NCBI RefSeq assembly: GCF_004010195.1
Contig: NC_057746.1
Span: forward strand, 15,604,544 to 15,668,543
DNA: 64,000 nt
DNA from: Chiloscyllium plagiosum
Lineage: Eukaryota
Direction: 5' to 3'
A program made the translations under genes and the position numbers. Of this stretch, positions 37,801 through 49,228 are shown piece by piece. The notes below the pieces were generated by a model. It was not told where the DNA came from. It made no database searches and saw only the letters and a list, made by a program, of their open reading frames with translations. Position 1 is the stretch's first letter. Each line of letters starts with the position of its first letter.

Positions 37801-40800
37801 NNNNNNNNNNNNNNNNNNNNNNNNNNNNNNNNNNNNNNNNNNNNNNNNNNNNNNNNNNNNNNNNNNNNNNNNNNNNNNNNNNNNNNNNNNNNNNNNNNNN
37901 NNNNNNNTGTTGAGTGGGGGGATTGAGAGTCGTTAAGTGAGGGGGAAGTGAGAGTTGGTGAGTGGAGGGGAATGAGGGGGTGAGTTGGGGCTGAGTTGAT
38001 GAGTGAAGGACAGTGAGTGAGGGGCGATTTGAGAGTTGGTGAGTGTCGGGTGGAGTGAGTGTAACAGTGAAGGAGTGAGGGGAGTAGAGTGAGTGAGTGG
38101 CTGTCTCTCTCTCTCTGTCTCTCTCTCTCACTCTCTCTATGTTCGTGCAGTAACTCCTCTTCCTCTCTCTCTCTCTCTCTCAGTTTCCCCCATGGTATCC
38201 TTTACCCGACAGGGTGATTCTAACCGGCTGTCTTGTCTCGTCACTGGATTTTATCCACAAGCCATTGAGGTGACTCTGTGGAGGGATGGAGTGTTGATCG
38301 ATGAGACCCTGTCCACTGGGATCTTACCCAATCACGATTGGACCTACCAGATCCGGAAATGGATAGAGTTTGATCCAAAGGATTGGGCTGAGTATTCCTG
38401 TCGGGTGGAGCACAATGGGCTGGAGGAGAAGTTGATTTATGGTAAGACTGATTCTCACTGTTAGAGAGGAAACAGTCTCAGACCAGAATCATAGGAGGGA
38501 ATGTCAATGATGAGTTTAGGACAGGCTAGGGGCCAGGATGGAGAGTGAGAAATAAATATTCACTTTTAGTATGTCAAAGATGTACCACTTGTTGACAGGA
38601 GTGATTTAGACTGTGTGTGACAGCGTGTCAGGAACCAACGTACCTTGGAGTATTGTGAATAGACTCTAAACTGTTTGGTGAGGTAGAAAGAAAGATACAC
38701 ATCTTCCTTCAAGCACAGAGTTTACTGCGTTGCTCAGTCCTGCCCCTATTAGACTATACCTGGTTTCATAGTTGCTCTGTTAATAGATGGTCAAAACAAA
38801 TTAACATGAACCATTAGGTTCTCTTCACATGAACAATGTGATTCGCCATACCCAGATTCGCTTCTTTGAGGTAAATCTTTTGTTGCCAGTTTTTCTAAAC
38901 CGAATTGAAACAAAATAATGAGCCAGGCTTTCTGGAGAATGCCATTCCACTCCAGTCATCTTTCACAGAACAAAGAGCTTACTGTTTCTGAGAGGCGATA
39001 CTGATCTGAAGGAGATGCGCTCCTTCAGAAACACAGAACCATACTACCATTCTGACCTGCCCATTGAGCCATAGAACCGAAGGCAAGCCATGCTCCTTTT
39101 TCACAGTGGTCAGTATTCTGAGACCAAATATGGCGCCCAAAAAACAGACAGTATGGTAGCTGCTGCAAAAGGTTACGTTTGTTAGTAACCGTGAGACTGG
39201 TGTGCCAGGTGGGGAGGGGAAGTATGATGCCAAGTTAAGTAGGGTGGCAGTTTGGAAGATAGAGTGCCAGGGGATTAAGTGCCATCTGGCTAGGATGGCA
39301 AGTAGATCAGGCAGTCAGGCATTAGGGGACCGTGTAACTGATGGAGTGGTGTGGGTTGTGTAGAGTCATGAGTTAAACTGCATTGAAACAGACCCTTCAG
39401 TCCAACTCGCCCATGCTGACCAGATATCCTAAACTGGTTTGTTCCCATTTGCCATCATTTAGCCAATACCTCTCTGAACTCTTCCTCATCATGTACCCAT
39501 CCAGATGCCTTTCAAATGTTGTTAATGTATTTGCATCCACCATTTCCTCTGGCACTTGTTCAGTATGTGCACTAACCTCTGCGTGAAAAAGTTGCCCCTC
39601 AGGTTCCTTCTAAATCTTTCCTGTCTCCCCTTAAACTGATGCCCTCTCCTTCTGGACTCCTGTACCCTAGGGAAAAGGACCTTGGCTATTCACGCCATCC
39701 ATGATTTTGGAAACCTCAACAAAATCACCCTTCAGCCACTGATCCTCCAGGGAAAATAACCCCAACCTATTCAGCCTCTCTCTATAGCTCAAACCCTCCA
39801 ACCCTGGCAATACCCTTGTAAATCTTTTCTTTGCCCTTTCAAGTTTAACATCTTTTCTATAGCAGGGAGACCAGACTCGTTCCCCTCAGTCCCCTCCACT
39901 CACCAAAACTCACATAGTTTGTCCATCAGGTAGGGGTAGAGTGGTGTCAAATTTAGAGGGATGCTGGGGTCAGTGGGAATTTGCATTCACGGGATGGGAA
40001 GTTGGGTCCAGGGGTGGAGACGGGGTGTTGGGGTTGGATGTATCGAGACTGGGGATTGGGCGGGAAATGTAGGGAAATGTAGGATTCAGCATACGGATGT
40101 GGGAAGCTGCACCTAGAGTGGAATAAGGGAGGGGTGGGATCGTGGGTGGAGAGGAGAGTTGGGTATGAAGGCAAGATTGCAGGAGGAGATGTAGATTTTG
40201 GTCAGAATTTGAGATTTTAAAGAGGCTGTGGGGAGGGGTATTCGAGGTGGTCTGAGGCACATTGCGGGAGTCAACATAATAATTATCTAGGCTTAGACTG
40301 GGCCTTGAATCATGGAATCCCTAGAATGCAGAAGCAGGCTATTTGGCCATTTGAATCCACACCAAACTTCCGAAGAGCATCCCACACTGACCCACTCACC
40401 CTATGTTATCCCTGAAACCCTGCAATTCCCATGATCAACTCACCTAACCTACACATCACTGGACACTGTGGGCAATTGACAGTCTAACATTTCCACTGAG
40501 TCCCTGTGAGTTAGCTGCAGCAAAACTCTCTGAAGGCTCCAATTTCTCTGGAGATCTTCAGAGGGTTCCAGGAGTACAGCAAATCTTCAGTTACCTGGGT
40601 CACATCTTCAGTACTATGGTGCATGGTCCCCTGTGCAAAACTCAAATCGACTCTGCAGAATGAGCAATCTTCCCAAAGGAAAGTCTGGATCGAAATTGTC
40701 TAATCATTGCCTTGTTGCCAGTTACAATGTAGGCCATGAACAAGTGGAGGTCTGTCAGTGAGTGGGCCATGGTCAGGGTGGGTGAGGGTGGTGGGGAAAT

Positions 40801-43800
40801 AGAAATGGAATTCATGGCCAGTCCACATGAAGGAGACATTCGGGTTTGGATCTGGTGGAGGTGACACTCTCAGGCCTGAGTCCTGAGGATTATGTCTGAC
40901 ATGGAGCTAAAGGGGACAAAGGTTTTCAGGCTCTATGGCAGGTTTGGTAGAGGGGAGGTTGGTTTTTTTGATGTGGGAGTTTGAGTGTGAGTGAGCAATG
41001 TGTAGTAGAGTTGGGGAGGTGTGTGTCTTCACGTGCGTGTGCTCGTACATTCGTATCCATGTGCTTGTGTTTTCATATGCATGTCTGTGTGTGTCTGTGT
41101 TCGTGTCTGTGTTTGTAGGTCTCTGTGTGCCTGTGTGTTTGTGTTTGTGTCTGTGTCTCTTTGTGTGTGTCTGTGTGTTCATGTCTGTGTGTGTCTGCAT
41201 CTGTGTCTGCCTGGGTGTTTCTCATGTCAGTTTGCTGCTTCTGGGTTCAATTCCCGCCTCAGGCGACTGACTGTGTGGAGTTTGCATGTTCTCCCCGTGT
41301 CTGCGTGGGTTTCCTCCGGGTGCTCCGGTTTCCTCCCACAGTCCAAAAATGTGCAGGTCAGGTGAATTGGCCATGCTAAATTGCCCGTAGTGTTAGGTAA
41401 GGGGTAAATGTAGGGGTATGGGTGGGTTGCGCTTCAGCGGGTCGGTGTGGACCTGTTGGGCCGAAGGGCCTGTTTCCACACTGTGAGTAATCTAATCTGT
41501 CAGTCATTGCAAGGCTTTGAGAGAGCAGCAGGGTTGAGGATGTTGGTTGTAAAAGTATGAACATAGCATGTCATAATAGCTAAAGACTTTTATTCACAAT
41601 TCATGTGAAGCCTCTTTGATCTTTCTGATATTGTGCATGTTCTTTCATCGTTTGTGCCTACGGTTTGTCAGTTCCCCTCCTTCCTGGCCATTGAAAGCTC
41701 ATTAGCCACCACTATCGGATTTCCCAAACCAACCCAAAACCCCTCTTTTGAGCTCGGCAGTGCATCCCAGGCTTCTAATTTTAATCTGTGCAACCTCCCG
41801 ATGCCTCCTGCATCTCTAATGATATCTCTCTTATTTTCATCCACCCAGAGCTTATCACTCTGAGAGGGATAAAATTAAATGTTGCGTTGTTATAATAAAC
41901 CTGCCTGGAACCTTGGTGAGACTGCATTTAGAATCCTGTGTGAAGATCTGGTCTCTGTGTAATTAAAAAGCAAAAATATAGAGACACTGGAGAGGGGTGC
42001 AGAAGAGATGTATCGGGATGGTAACAGAATTGTGTGTGTCTAAGTATTGGGGCAGGATTGGCTGTCTGGATCTCCTCCGTCAAGGGAGCAAGAGAAGGAA
42101 TTGGTAACGGAGGTCATTAAAATAATGAAATGTTTTAGTAGCATAAATATATTGTGAATGTTTCCTGTTGGGTGGGCATAGAGCACCAATAAAACATTGT
42201 CACCTACACAGTCCAGAGGAAATTCAAGAGAAAGTTCTGCAAGCAAACAGGAAAGTGGTGTCACAACCAGACTGAGTGGTTGAAGTGGATAGCACAGATG
42301 GGTTAAAGGAGAAACTTGGCAACAATATGATGCAGAAAAAAATGGATGGCTATGACAACATGGTTCTGATGATGGTGGTATGGTGGCTCAGTGGTTAGCA
42401 CAGCTGCCTCACAGCGTCAGGGACCCGTTTTTGATTCCAGCCTTGGACAACCATCTGCATGGAGTTTGCATGTTCTCCTGTTTCCTCCCACAGTCAAAGG
42501 ATACGCAGGTTAGGGTGATTAACGATGGGAATTTGTATCTGAGTGAATTGCTTTTTGGAAGGTCGGTGCAGACTCAATGGGCCAAATGACCTCTTTCAGC
42601 ATTGTAGGGATTCTACCATAAATTGACATGGGTTCAGATGGGAGGAGGCTTGAGTGGAGCATTGTCACCAGAATGGAATAAATGAGCTGAATGGCCTGTG
42701 TAATCTCACACTTTCTCTTTCTCGCTGTCTCTGAAAGTACACACACTTTTTATTTCTCCTTACTGTCTTACAGTGCCAGAGTCTGACTCCCATGTTCTTG
42801 TTGCTGTTATGGTTTCACTTGGAGTCTTCATGATCATCACTCTCCTTTTAGGGGCTTTCGCTATCTTTTGCAAGAAAGGTAAGATTCCATGCAGCTCTCC
42901 AATGGAGGACCTATGGATATGTGGGGTGAGCCCAGGGCCATGGAAGTAAAGGGCTCATGGTGTTTGTGGAGCTGTTCGGGGAGAGTCCTGAAGAAACTTG
43001 GTGGTGGGGGATTGGCTCAGTCTGTGGGGTCCTGAGTCCAGGGAGGTGACTGTAGCACCTCATCAATGTTTAGAGGCATTGAAGGGTCCCAGGGTTGGCC
43101 AGTGAAGGCTTTGTAGGTGTTCAGGGTGGGAGAGCGGATCTCGCTGTCTGTGGAGAGAACTTAAGTGTGGAGTGCGCTTACCAATTCTGGAGGTCTCATC
43201 GCATGACTTAGCCACGCTCCAGCCAATGTTTTGGCCAGTCCATCAACCCAGTCGACTCCCTGCCTTCCCACACCAATCAGAATGCAAGGAGACATCATAC
43301 CAATTGGATAATGGAACATAGAACATAGAACAATACAGCACAGAATAGGCCCTTTGGCTCTCAATGTTGAGCTGACCTGAGACCTATTCTCAGCTCGTCC
43401 CCCTACACTATCCCAAAGTCATCTGTGTGCTTATCTAAGGATTGTTTAAATCTCCCTCATGTGGCTGAGTTAACTAAATTTGCAGGTAGGGCATTCTACG
43501 CCCTTACCACTCTCTGCGTAAAGAACCTGCCTCTGACATCTGTCTTAAATCTATCACCCCTCAATTTGTAGTTGTGCCCTCTCGTACAAGCTGACATCAT
43601 CATCCTTGGAAAAAGACTTTCACTGTCCACCCTGTCTAATCCTCTGATCATCTTGTATGTTTCTATCAAATCCCCCCTTAGCCGCCTTCTTTCCAATGAG
43701 AACAGACCCAAGTCTCTCAGCCTTTCCTCATAAGACCTTCCCTCCAGACCAGGCAACATCCTGGTAAATCTCCTCTGCACCTTTTCCAATTCTTCCACAT

Positions 43801-46203
43801 CCTTTCTGTAATGGGGCGGCCAGAACTGTACACAATATTCCAAGTGTGGCCGCACCAGCTTTTTGTGTAGTTGCAGCATGATATTGCGGTTCCGGAACTC
43901 AATCCCTCTACCAATGAAACCTAACACACTGTATGCCTTCTTAACAGCACTATCCACCTGGGTGGTAACTTTCAGGGATCTATGCACATGGGCTCCCTCT
44001 GCACATCCTCTGCACATCCACACAACCAAGAATCTTTTCATTGACCATGTACTCTGCCATCCTGTTATTCTTCCCAAAGTGCATCACCTCACATTTAGCT
44101 GCATTGAACTCCATTTGCCACCTCTCAGCCCAATTCTGCAGTTTATCCAAGTCCCCCTGCAACCTGTAACATTCTTCCAAACTGTCCACTACTCCACCGA
44201 TTTTAGTGTGATCTGCAAATTTACTAATCCATCCACTTATGTCTGCGTCTAAGTCATTTGTAAAAATGACAAACAGCAGTGGTCCCAAAGCAGATCCTTG
44301 TGGCACACGACTAGTAACTGGACTCCAGATTGAATATTTTCCATCAACCACCACTCGCTGCCTTCTTCCAGAAAGCCAATTTCTAATCCAAACTGCTAAA
44401 TCACCCTCAATTCCATGCCTCTGCATTTTCTCCATCAGCCTACCATGTGGAACCTTATCAAAGGCTTTACTGAAGTCCAAGTATACCACGTTAACTGCCC
44501 TACCCTCATCTACATGCTTGGTCACCTTCTCAAATAATTCAATGAGGTTTTTGAGACATGACCTGCCCTTGATGAAACCATGTTGACTATCTGAAATCAA
44601 ATTGTTGCTTGCTAGATGATTATAAATCTTATCTCTCATAATCCTTTCCAAAACCTTTCCTACAATAATGCTTGACCTTCTGTCAAAAACTGCCCACCCC
44701 TCCATTTTTCCCTTTTATTTCTGATATTTTAACACCTGATTAAAAATAAATGTGTAAAGGAAGTGATCGATGAAGCCAATCTTTGATACTAATGGCCCTC
44801 TCCACTTCCTTCGGCGTTATAGACAATTGGAAATTGGTTCAGCTCAATTGACTGGATTGTTCATTTGCAGAGAAGTGTGATGCCAACAGCGTGGTTTCAA
44901 TTCCCATCACTGGTTTGAGGTTATCATAAAGGACTCTCTTTCTCAACCTTTACCTTGCCTAAGGTCTGGTGGCCTTCAGGTTAAATCACCACTAGGCACT
45001 TTTCTGTAATGAGAGAGCAGTCTTTATGATCCGATACGACTATGGTGACGGAACAGAAACAAGAGACATTTGGATGTTGGTTGTATGGTCCTCATCTCCC
45101 ACAGACTCCAAGGCAGTCCTGCTATTTAGTCAATGCTGTATATTGGGCCTTGGCGGTGATATTGGGTGGGTGGAAGTTGCAGAGGCTGAGGGTGTCCCCA
45201 TGCTGCTCAGGTCCTGGTGGAGGGTCGCAGGTCAATGGAGGGAGTACTGAGTGTGTGTGAGAGCATCAGGCTGTAGGTTGAGGGCCTTATCTTTGAGGCA
45301 GAAGATGCTACAGCCAGAAATGGGTTTCAGTTTGGGAGAGGCTCTCAGTTCGCTCAGAAGGGTGGGAGGGAATGACGGGGGAGTTGAGGTAAGAACTTTG
45401 GGTGAGTGTGGGAGCGAGAGGGTCAGGTGAGTGTGGGAACAAGGAGCTTGGTTTCAGGTTTGGAGTGAAGTGTTACAGGATGGAGTTAGAGTGAGTCAGA
45501 ATGAGGATTTGGTGGGGAATTTGCTAATTAGGTTATGTGGGAGTGAGAGGGAGCAAAGAGCATTAGGATAAGCAGGAGGAGTGAGAGGGAGCCAAGGAGA
45601 TTGGAGGGGGCAGTGGGAGTAAGAGGGCATGGTGGGAGAGAGAAGGAGCGGGGGCAGTATTTATGTGGGACTGATCTAATGAGAGAAGGGTCAAAACATT
45701 TCGTTTGACTGGGAGTCCTACTCAGTTTTCTGCCTTAATTTTTTTTGTCAGTATATTGTCAATCAGTGAATGCTCCTTGTTTTCACAGTGAGAAGGAAGA
45801 GTGACTACATCCATACACACAGTAAGTTAAATTATCCTCTGGATCCTCTGTCCATTGTGTGACTGATACACTGACCAACTGGTTGCTCCCTCTGTTGGTG
45901 TGTCTCTATCTCTATGTCTCTCATTGACTCTCTTTGTATGGTTCACTATTTGCATTGTGGCTGTGTGAGTATGAGTGTGTGTATCTGACTCTGTGTCTTT
46001 GTGTTTGTATGTATGTGTGCCTCTGTGACTTTCTCGCTCCCTATATTTTATCCTCACCCTTTGCCCTGTCTGTATCCCTCTCCCTGTTTACCCTGTATGT
46101 TTTGTGTGCTTGGTGTGATATTGAACAGATTTTAATGCCTCTCTTTCCACGAACAGCTTCTGATGATGGGATATCCTCAGCCAGTTCCACTGCCAGTTCC
46201 TAA
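25784..46203 (+). CDS. MHC class I heavy chain, probably a non-classical U-type lineage (7 coding exons; 342 aa from ATG 25802, 348 aa from ATG 25784)
   Basis: join(25784/25802-25850, 29886-30146, 36758-37033, 38184-38441, 42774-42878, 45789-45821, 46157-46203). All introns are GT-AG phase 1; the 1029 nt from 25802 are open to TAA. Confidence 0.93.
25865..26390. repeat. About 61-bp minisatellite (about 8.5 units) at the start of MHC intron 1
   Basis: Unit approximately tgtgaggggcagtgccaggctgggggttatgttagcacagagggaaaccaatagagtgagg. Confidence 0.9.
26445..26565 (+). mobile_element. Short Penelope-like 3' remnant
   Basis: gcccgaaacgtcgactctcctg...ccagcatctgcagtcctcact, same family as 61007-61140. 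Confidence 0.7.
27635..27910 (-). mobile_element. HE1-like SINE, diverged
   Basis: Reverse-complement HE1 head and V-domain. Confidence 0.75.
29886..30146 (+). CDS. MHC-I exon 2, alpha-1 domain
   Basis: ctctgtttcag|AT...; (N)SHSLRYLAT...GYVDDVQFFNYDS...FWER...RTNQSG G|gtgagc; 261 nt. Confidence 0.95.
30783..34140 (+). mobile_element. Near-complete degenerate CR1 ORF2 (endonuclease + RT) in MHC intron 2
   Basis: LKLLCLNACSMRNKVNKL, SCLTNLLE...DVIYLDIKKAF, FADD codons at about 33223-33234, LVRPHLEYCVQFWAP and the 3' UTR; many stops. Confidence 0.9.
32147..32461 (-). mobile_element. Young HE1-like SINE nested in CR1
   Basis: Full-length copy interrupting the CR1 EELNNYF...SVFTVED coding stretch. 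Confidence 0.9.
34245..34951 (-). mobile_element. Solo LTR (probably Ty3/Gypsy type)
   Basis: TGTTA...TAACA termini, 4-bp TSD agtg (34241-34244 / 34952-34955), minus-strand AATAAA at 34380-34385. Confidence 0.75.
34960..36610 (+). mobile_element. Old CR1 ORF2 fragments
   Basis: DMAGMLNEHFAQVF, LFRESQRGFVKGK and a degenerate 3' region. Confidence 0.65.
36758..37033 (+). CDS. MHC-I exon 3, alpha-2 domain
   Basis: ctgacag|GG ATC CAC...; GIHWFQLMTGCDL...GWDGQDY...YLEKECVHWLNTYLDYG...SI A|gtaagt; 276 nt; C101/C164 pair. Confidence 0.95.
37040..38180. repeat. GA/GT-rich low-complexity intron 3 containing an assembly gap (N 37330-37907)
   Basis: Purine-rich degenerate repeats flank 578 Ns; (ct)n tract before the exon 4 acceptor. 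Confidence 0.9.
38184..38441 (+). CDS. MHC-I exon 4, alpha-3 (C1-set Ig) domain
   Basis: (ct)n cag|TT TCC CCC...; LSCLVTGFYP...LPNHDWTYQ...YSCRVEH...KLIY G|gtaaga; 258 nt. Confidence 0.95.
39360..39875 (-). mobile_element. CR1 3' fragment
   Basis: Same 3' UTR and ORF2 end as the copy at 7148-7700. Confidence 0.75.
41020..41215. repeat. GT-rich microsatellite
   Basis: Degenerate (gtgtct)n. Confidence 0.85.
41243..41498 (+). mobile_element. Young HE1-like SINE, 5'-truncated
   Basis: Begins at the B-box gggttcaattcccgcc; has the V-domain and taatc tail. Confidence 0.88.
42774..42878 (+). CDS. MHC-I exon 5, connecting peptide and transmembrane domain
   Basis: tactgtcttacag|TG CCA GAG...; VPESDSHVLVAVMVSLGVFMIITLLLGAFAIFCKK G|gtaaga; 105 nt. 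Confidence 0.9.
43314..44665 (-). mobile_element. Relatively young 5'-truncated CR1 (RT C-terminal half) in MHC intron 5
   Basis: ORFs 43980-44705 and 43496-44077 (QHGFIKGRSC, YLDFSKAFDKVPH, VPQGS, FADHT, LVRPHLEYC); a frameshift; catalytic FADD changed to FADH; (gaacata)n tail. Confidence 0.92.
44830..45050 (+). mobile_element. Third tRNA-derived SINE family, second copy
   Basis: Matches 21145-21360. Confidence 0.7.
45789..45821 (+). CDS. MHC-I exon 6, cytoplasmic 1
   Basis: ttgttttcacag|TG AGA AGG AAG AGT GAC TAC ATC CAT ACA CAC A|gtaagt = VRRKSDYIHTH; 33 nt. Confidence 0.85.
46157..46203 (+). CDS. MHC-I exon 7, cytoplasmic 2 with stop codon
   Basis: ttccacgaacag|CT TCT GAT GAT GGG...TCC TAA = TSDDGISSASSTASS*; donor g|gtacaa directly after the stop. 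Confidence 0.85.
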
Positions 46204-47501
46204 GGTACAAATAGTTTTAAACAATATTGGGAGCAGATCATTCTCACTGGGATACTGGAGCAAGTATTAACTGTACATTCTGGACGGTGGACTCTAAGCT
46301 CAGTCTCTCTCTCCCTGTGTGATGACTGAAGATCAACTCATACAGTTCAACACTGAGCTTTCAGACTGCCCTTCAACAGATAGTTGCCTGGTACTCACCT
46401 GAGATTTCTGAGACAGGTGAGATTTGGTTATAGAAATATCTGGAAATATGGCATCGTGGATATGGCCTTCTGTCAGCTGCTCGACTTCCTTAAGGGATTC
46501 GGTATTGCGAGCTTTCTCAACATAGTTATTCACGAGTTTAGCATTGGTCTCCCGGGATTCTGAATTTTTGGGTGTTTGCGGAATGCTGTGTGGTAGATAG
46601 GGTCTGGATCTGATGGGGAAATCACTGCAGTTCAGAAGATCAGAGCGTGCGGAGTCATGCAACACGGAAACAGAAACAACTTGTCTGTGCAGACCAATTT
46701 TCCCAAACCAAGCTATTCCCATTTGCTGATGTTTGCCCATATCCTGCTAATCCCTTTCTTATTAATGTACCTGTCCAAATGTCTTTTAAATGTTGTAACT
46801 GTACCCTCATCCATCACTTCCTCTGATGGTTCATTTCACATATGAACCGTGATCTTGGAGAGAGTGCAGTGTAGATGGACCGGAGTGAAACCTGGACTTT
46901 TAGAGTTTAGTCATGACGAGAGATTAAACAAACCTGAAGTGTTCTCTTGAAATTTGGCAGGTTAAGGGCTGATTTGGTTGATGTTTTTTGAGATATTAAA
47001 GGAAGTAGCCAATTTGATGGAGGCAAACTTTCTGTTGATTGGGGAGTCTCAAAGGCATGTTGTAAAAGTTAAAGCCAGACACATCGGGTGTGTCGTTAAG
47101 AAACTCTTCCACATTGAAAAATGGTTGAAATGCTATTGCCTAATAGATAATTGGTGTTAAATTGACTGTTAATGAGTTTGATGAGCAGAAAGCTGCAAAT
47201 CTCCAAAAGGAGGAGATCAGGGGAAAGTCAGTAAATGGGCAGTTTGGCCACAAGTCCTCCACAGTGACAATATATTCAGGGGCTAAGTGGCTTCCTGGTG
47301 TTCCCTGCCCTGTGCATTTTGCAAATATTATGTATGTTGGTCAGCTGGCTTGTTCCCAGTGAATTTTGTTCTGATTTCAATTTTTATTTATCAGCCATGT
47401 GGCGTCAATTGCCCATCCCAGATTTTGATTGCACTTGGTGAGGTCTGAGGTCTGCTGTTTATTCCCTGAGTCTGTAACTATCATTTCTTTCTTTTCCCCA
47501 G

Positions 47502-48456
47502 TGGTCTACCATATCTGACTGGGAATCTACAGACATCATTTCCCAAGATCAGCGTCTGGAGGGGAGAAGAGATTAAGATAGGATTGACTCCTGCTCACTC
47601 TCAAATTCTGGCGCATTTTGAAAATCTGATTCCTGATTCATGGCAACATTAATATTTTGTTCACTGAAATCTGACCTGCTAATGCCGGAGCTGTATAATC
47701 AAAATGTGACTTCTATTCCTGGAAAGTAACCTCACCTCCAACTGGTGACCACTCCCCCACCAGTTACTGTGCAAATGGCACTACCCTGTCAGTGATGGTG
47801 ATGTGTACATGTTTGACCCCCTTCACAGATCATTCACCAATGGGATAGCCTTGGACCTCAGATCCTTGCACTTTCAGTACTTAGTTAACCTTTACCTTTA
47901 CTTGTATTCATAACAATTCTTGTCAAGACTGATTGAACCCAGTAATTGCCTGACTGTGATATAAACTGTCCAACTGCAGGAGAGGACCAGACAGCAGCAC
48001 CTGTGGATAATGGGCCACAAGTTTAAGACTAAGATGAGGAGGAAAATCTGCTCTCTGAGGCTTTGAAATTCTTTCCACAGAGAACTGTGCAAGCAGAGTC
48101 CCTGTGTACATTTAAAGATAAAATGGATCCATTCAGATGGAATCACAGCTGAAAGGGAAGAGGAAAGGGCTCACGTGGAATGGCAGTTCAACCGTGATCC
48201 AACTGAGTGGCAGAGCAGGCTGGAGGGGGAGAATGGCCTACTTATTAAGCTCTTATAGTCTGCATCACAAGCTCATCTCCCTTCCCTGGTATAATCGTTG
48301 TCTTGGAATCTCTTGACTTCAGATGTTCCCTATGTTCAGGTTGTGAGCGCAATGCACTGTCTGACTCTAAAACAGGGAAATAGTGGTGTACTGTACTCCC
48401 AATCATTCTGTCCAGGCCTCTGAGATTCTACTAACGATCTTATCTTTTTTAATAAA
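47502..48456 (+). other. Candidate MHC-I non-coding terminal (3' UTR) exon
   Basis: Strong acceptor tcatttctttcttttccccag ending at 47501; candidate AATAAA at 48451-48456. Confidence 0.45.
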
Positions 48457-48700
48457 AGCAAAGTACTGCGGATGTTGGAAATCTGAAGCAAACAGAGGGA
48501 ACACTGGAGAAACTCAGATCTGGCAGCATCTGTGGAGACAGTGAACAGAGTTCACGTTTCAAGTCCAGTCTGACTCTCCTTCAGAACAATGAATTCTTCT
48601 GTTTGGCAGTATAGTCATGCCTGACTCGAGACGTTATCCGTGTTTCTCTTTCATAGATGTTGCCTGACCTGCTGAGTTTCTCCAGCATTCTTTGTGTTTG
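48455..48700. mobile_element. Penelope-like inverted pLTR remnant
   Basis: ctggagaaactcag...ggcagcatctgtgga is inverted against atagatgttgcctgacctgctgagtttctccag; degenerate ctgaag...gaaacgt core on the minus strand. Confidence 0.6.
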
Positions 48701-49140
48701 ATTCTTATCTTTTTTTTGTTCTCAGAGGGCTGTCTGCTTCATCTTCCATTCCTGACAGATACTTTTTTCATTTTTCATCACTTGAGAGCTTCCAAAATCG
48801 ACGCTGTCTCTATATTGTTTTGTCAATAAAGACCTCAAACTGTGTTTGGTTTGCACTGCTGCCTCACAGAGGCAGGTTCGATTCCAACCTCGGGCGACTG
48901 TGTGGAGTTTGCACATTCTCCCTGTGTGCGCGGGTTTCCTCTGGGTGCTCCAGTTTCATCCCACAGTCCAAAGATAGATGAATGGGCAATGCTAAATTGC
49001 CTCATAGTAGCTAGGGATGTGCAGGCTAGGTGGGTTAGGATAGGATAGAGGGGTGGGCCTGGGTGAGCTGCTCTTCAGAGGGTTGGTGTGAAATCAAAGG
49101 GCTGAATGGCCTACTTCTGCACTCAAGGGATTCTATGTTT

Positions 49141-49146
49141 CCCAAC

Positions 49147-49182
<36 letters not shown>

Positions 49183-49228
49183 CCCCCCCCCCCCCCCCCC
49201 CCCCACACCACACCACACCACACCACAC
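49141..49228. repeat. Poly-C tract plus (cacac)n after an old HE1 copy (about 48850-49135)
   Basis: Long C homopolymer runs. Confidence 0.9.

Noticed and set aside
37046-38131. Long ORFs of 203-361 aa
   Set aside because: Artefacts of translating through the N gap and low-complexity flanks.
43496-44705. Functional reverse transcriptase gene
   Set aside because: 5'-truncated CR1 with a frameshift and FADH at the catalytic motif.
25784-46203. Assigning the MHC gene to classical UAA or a named non-classical lineage
   Set aside because: The anchor substitutions argue against UAA, but a lineage call needs a phylogeny, so no symbol is given.
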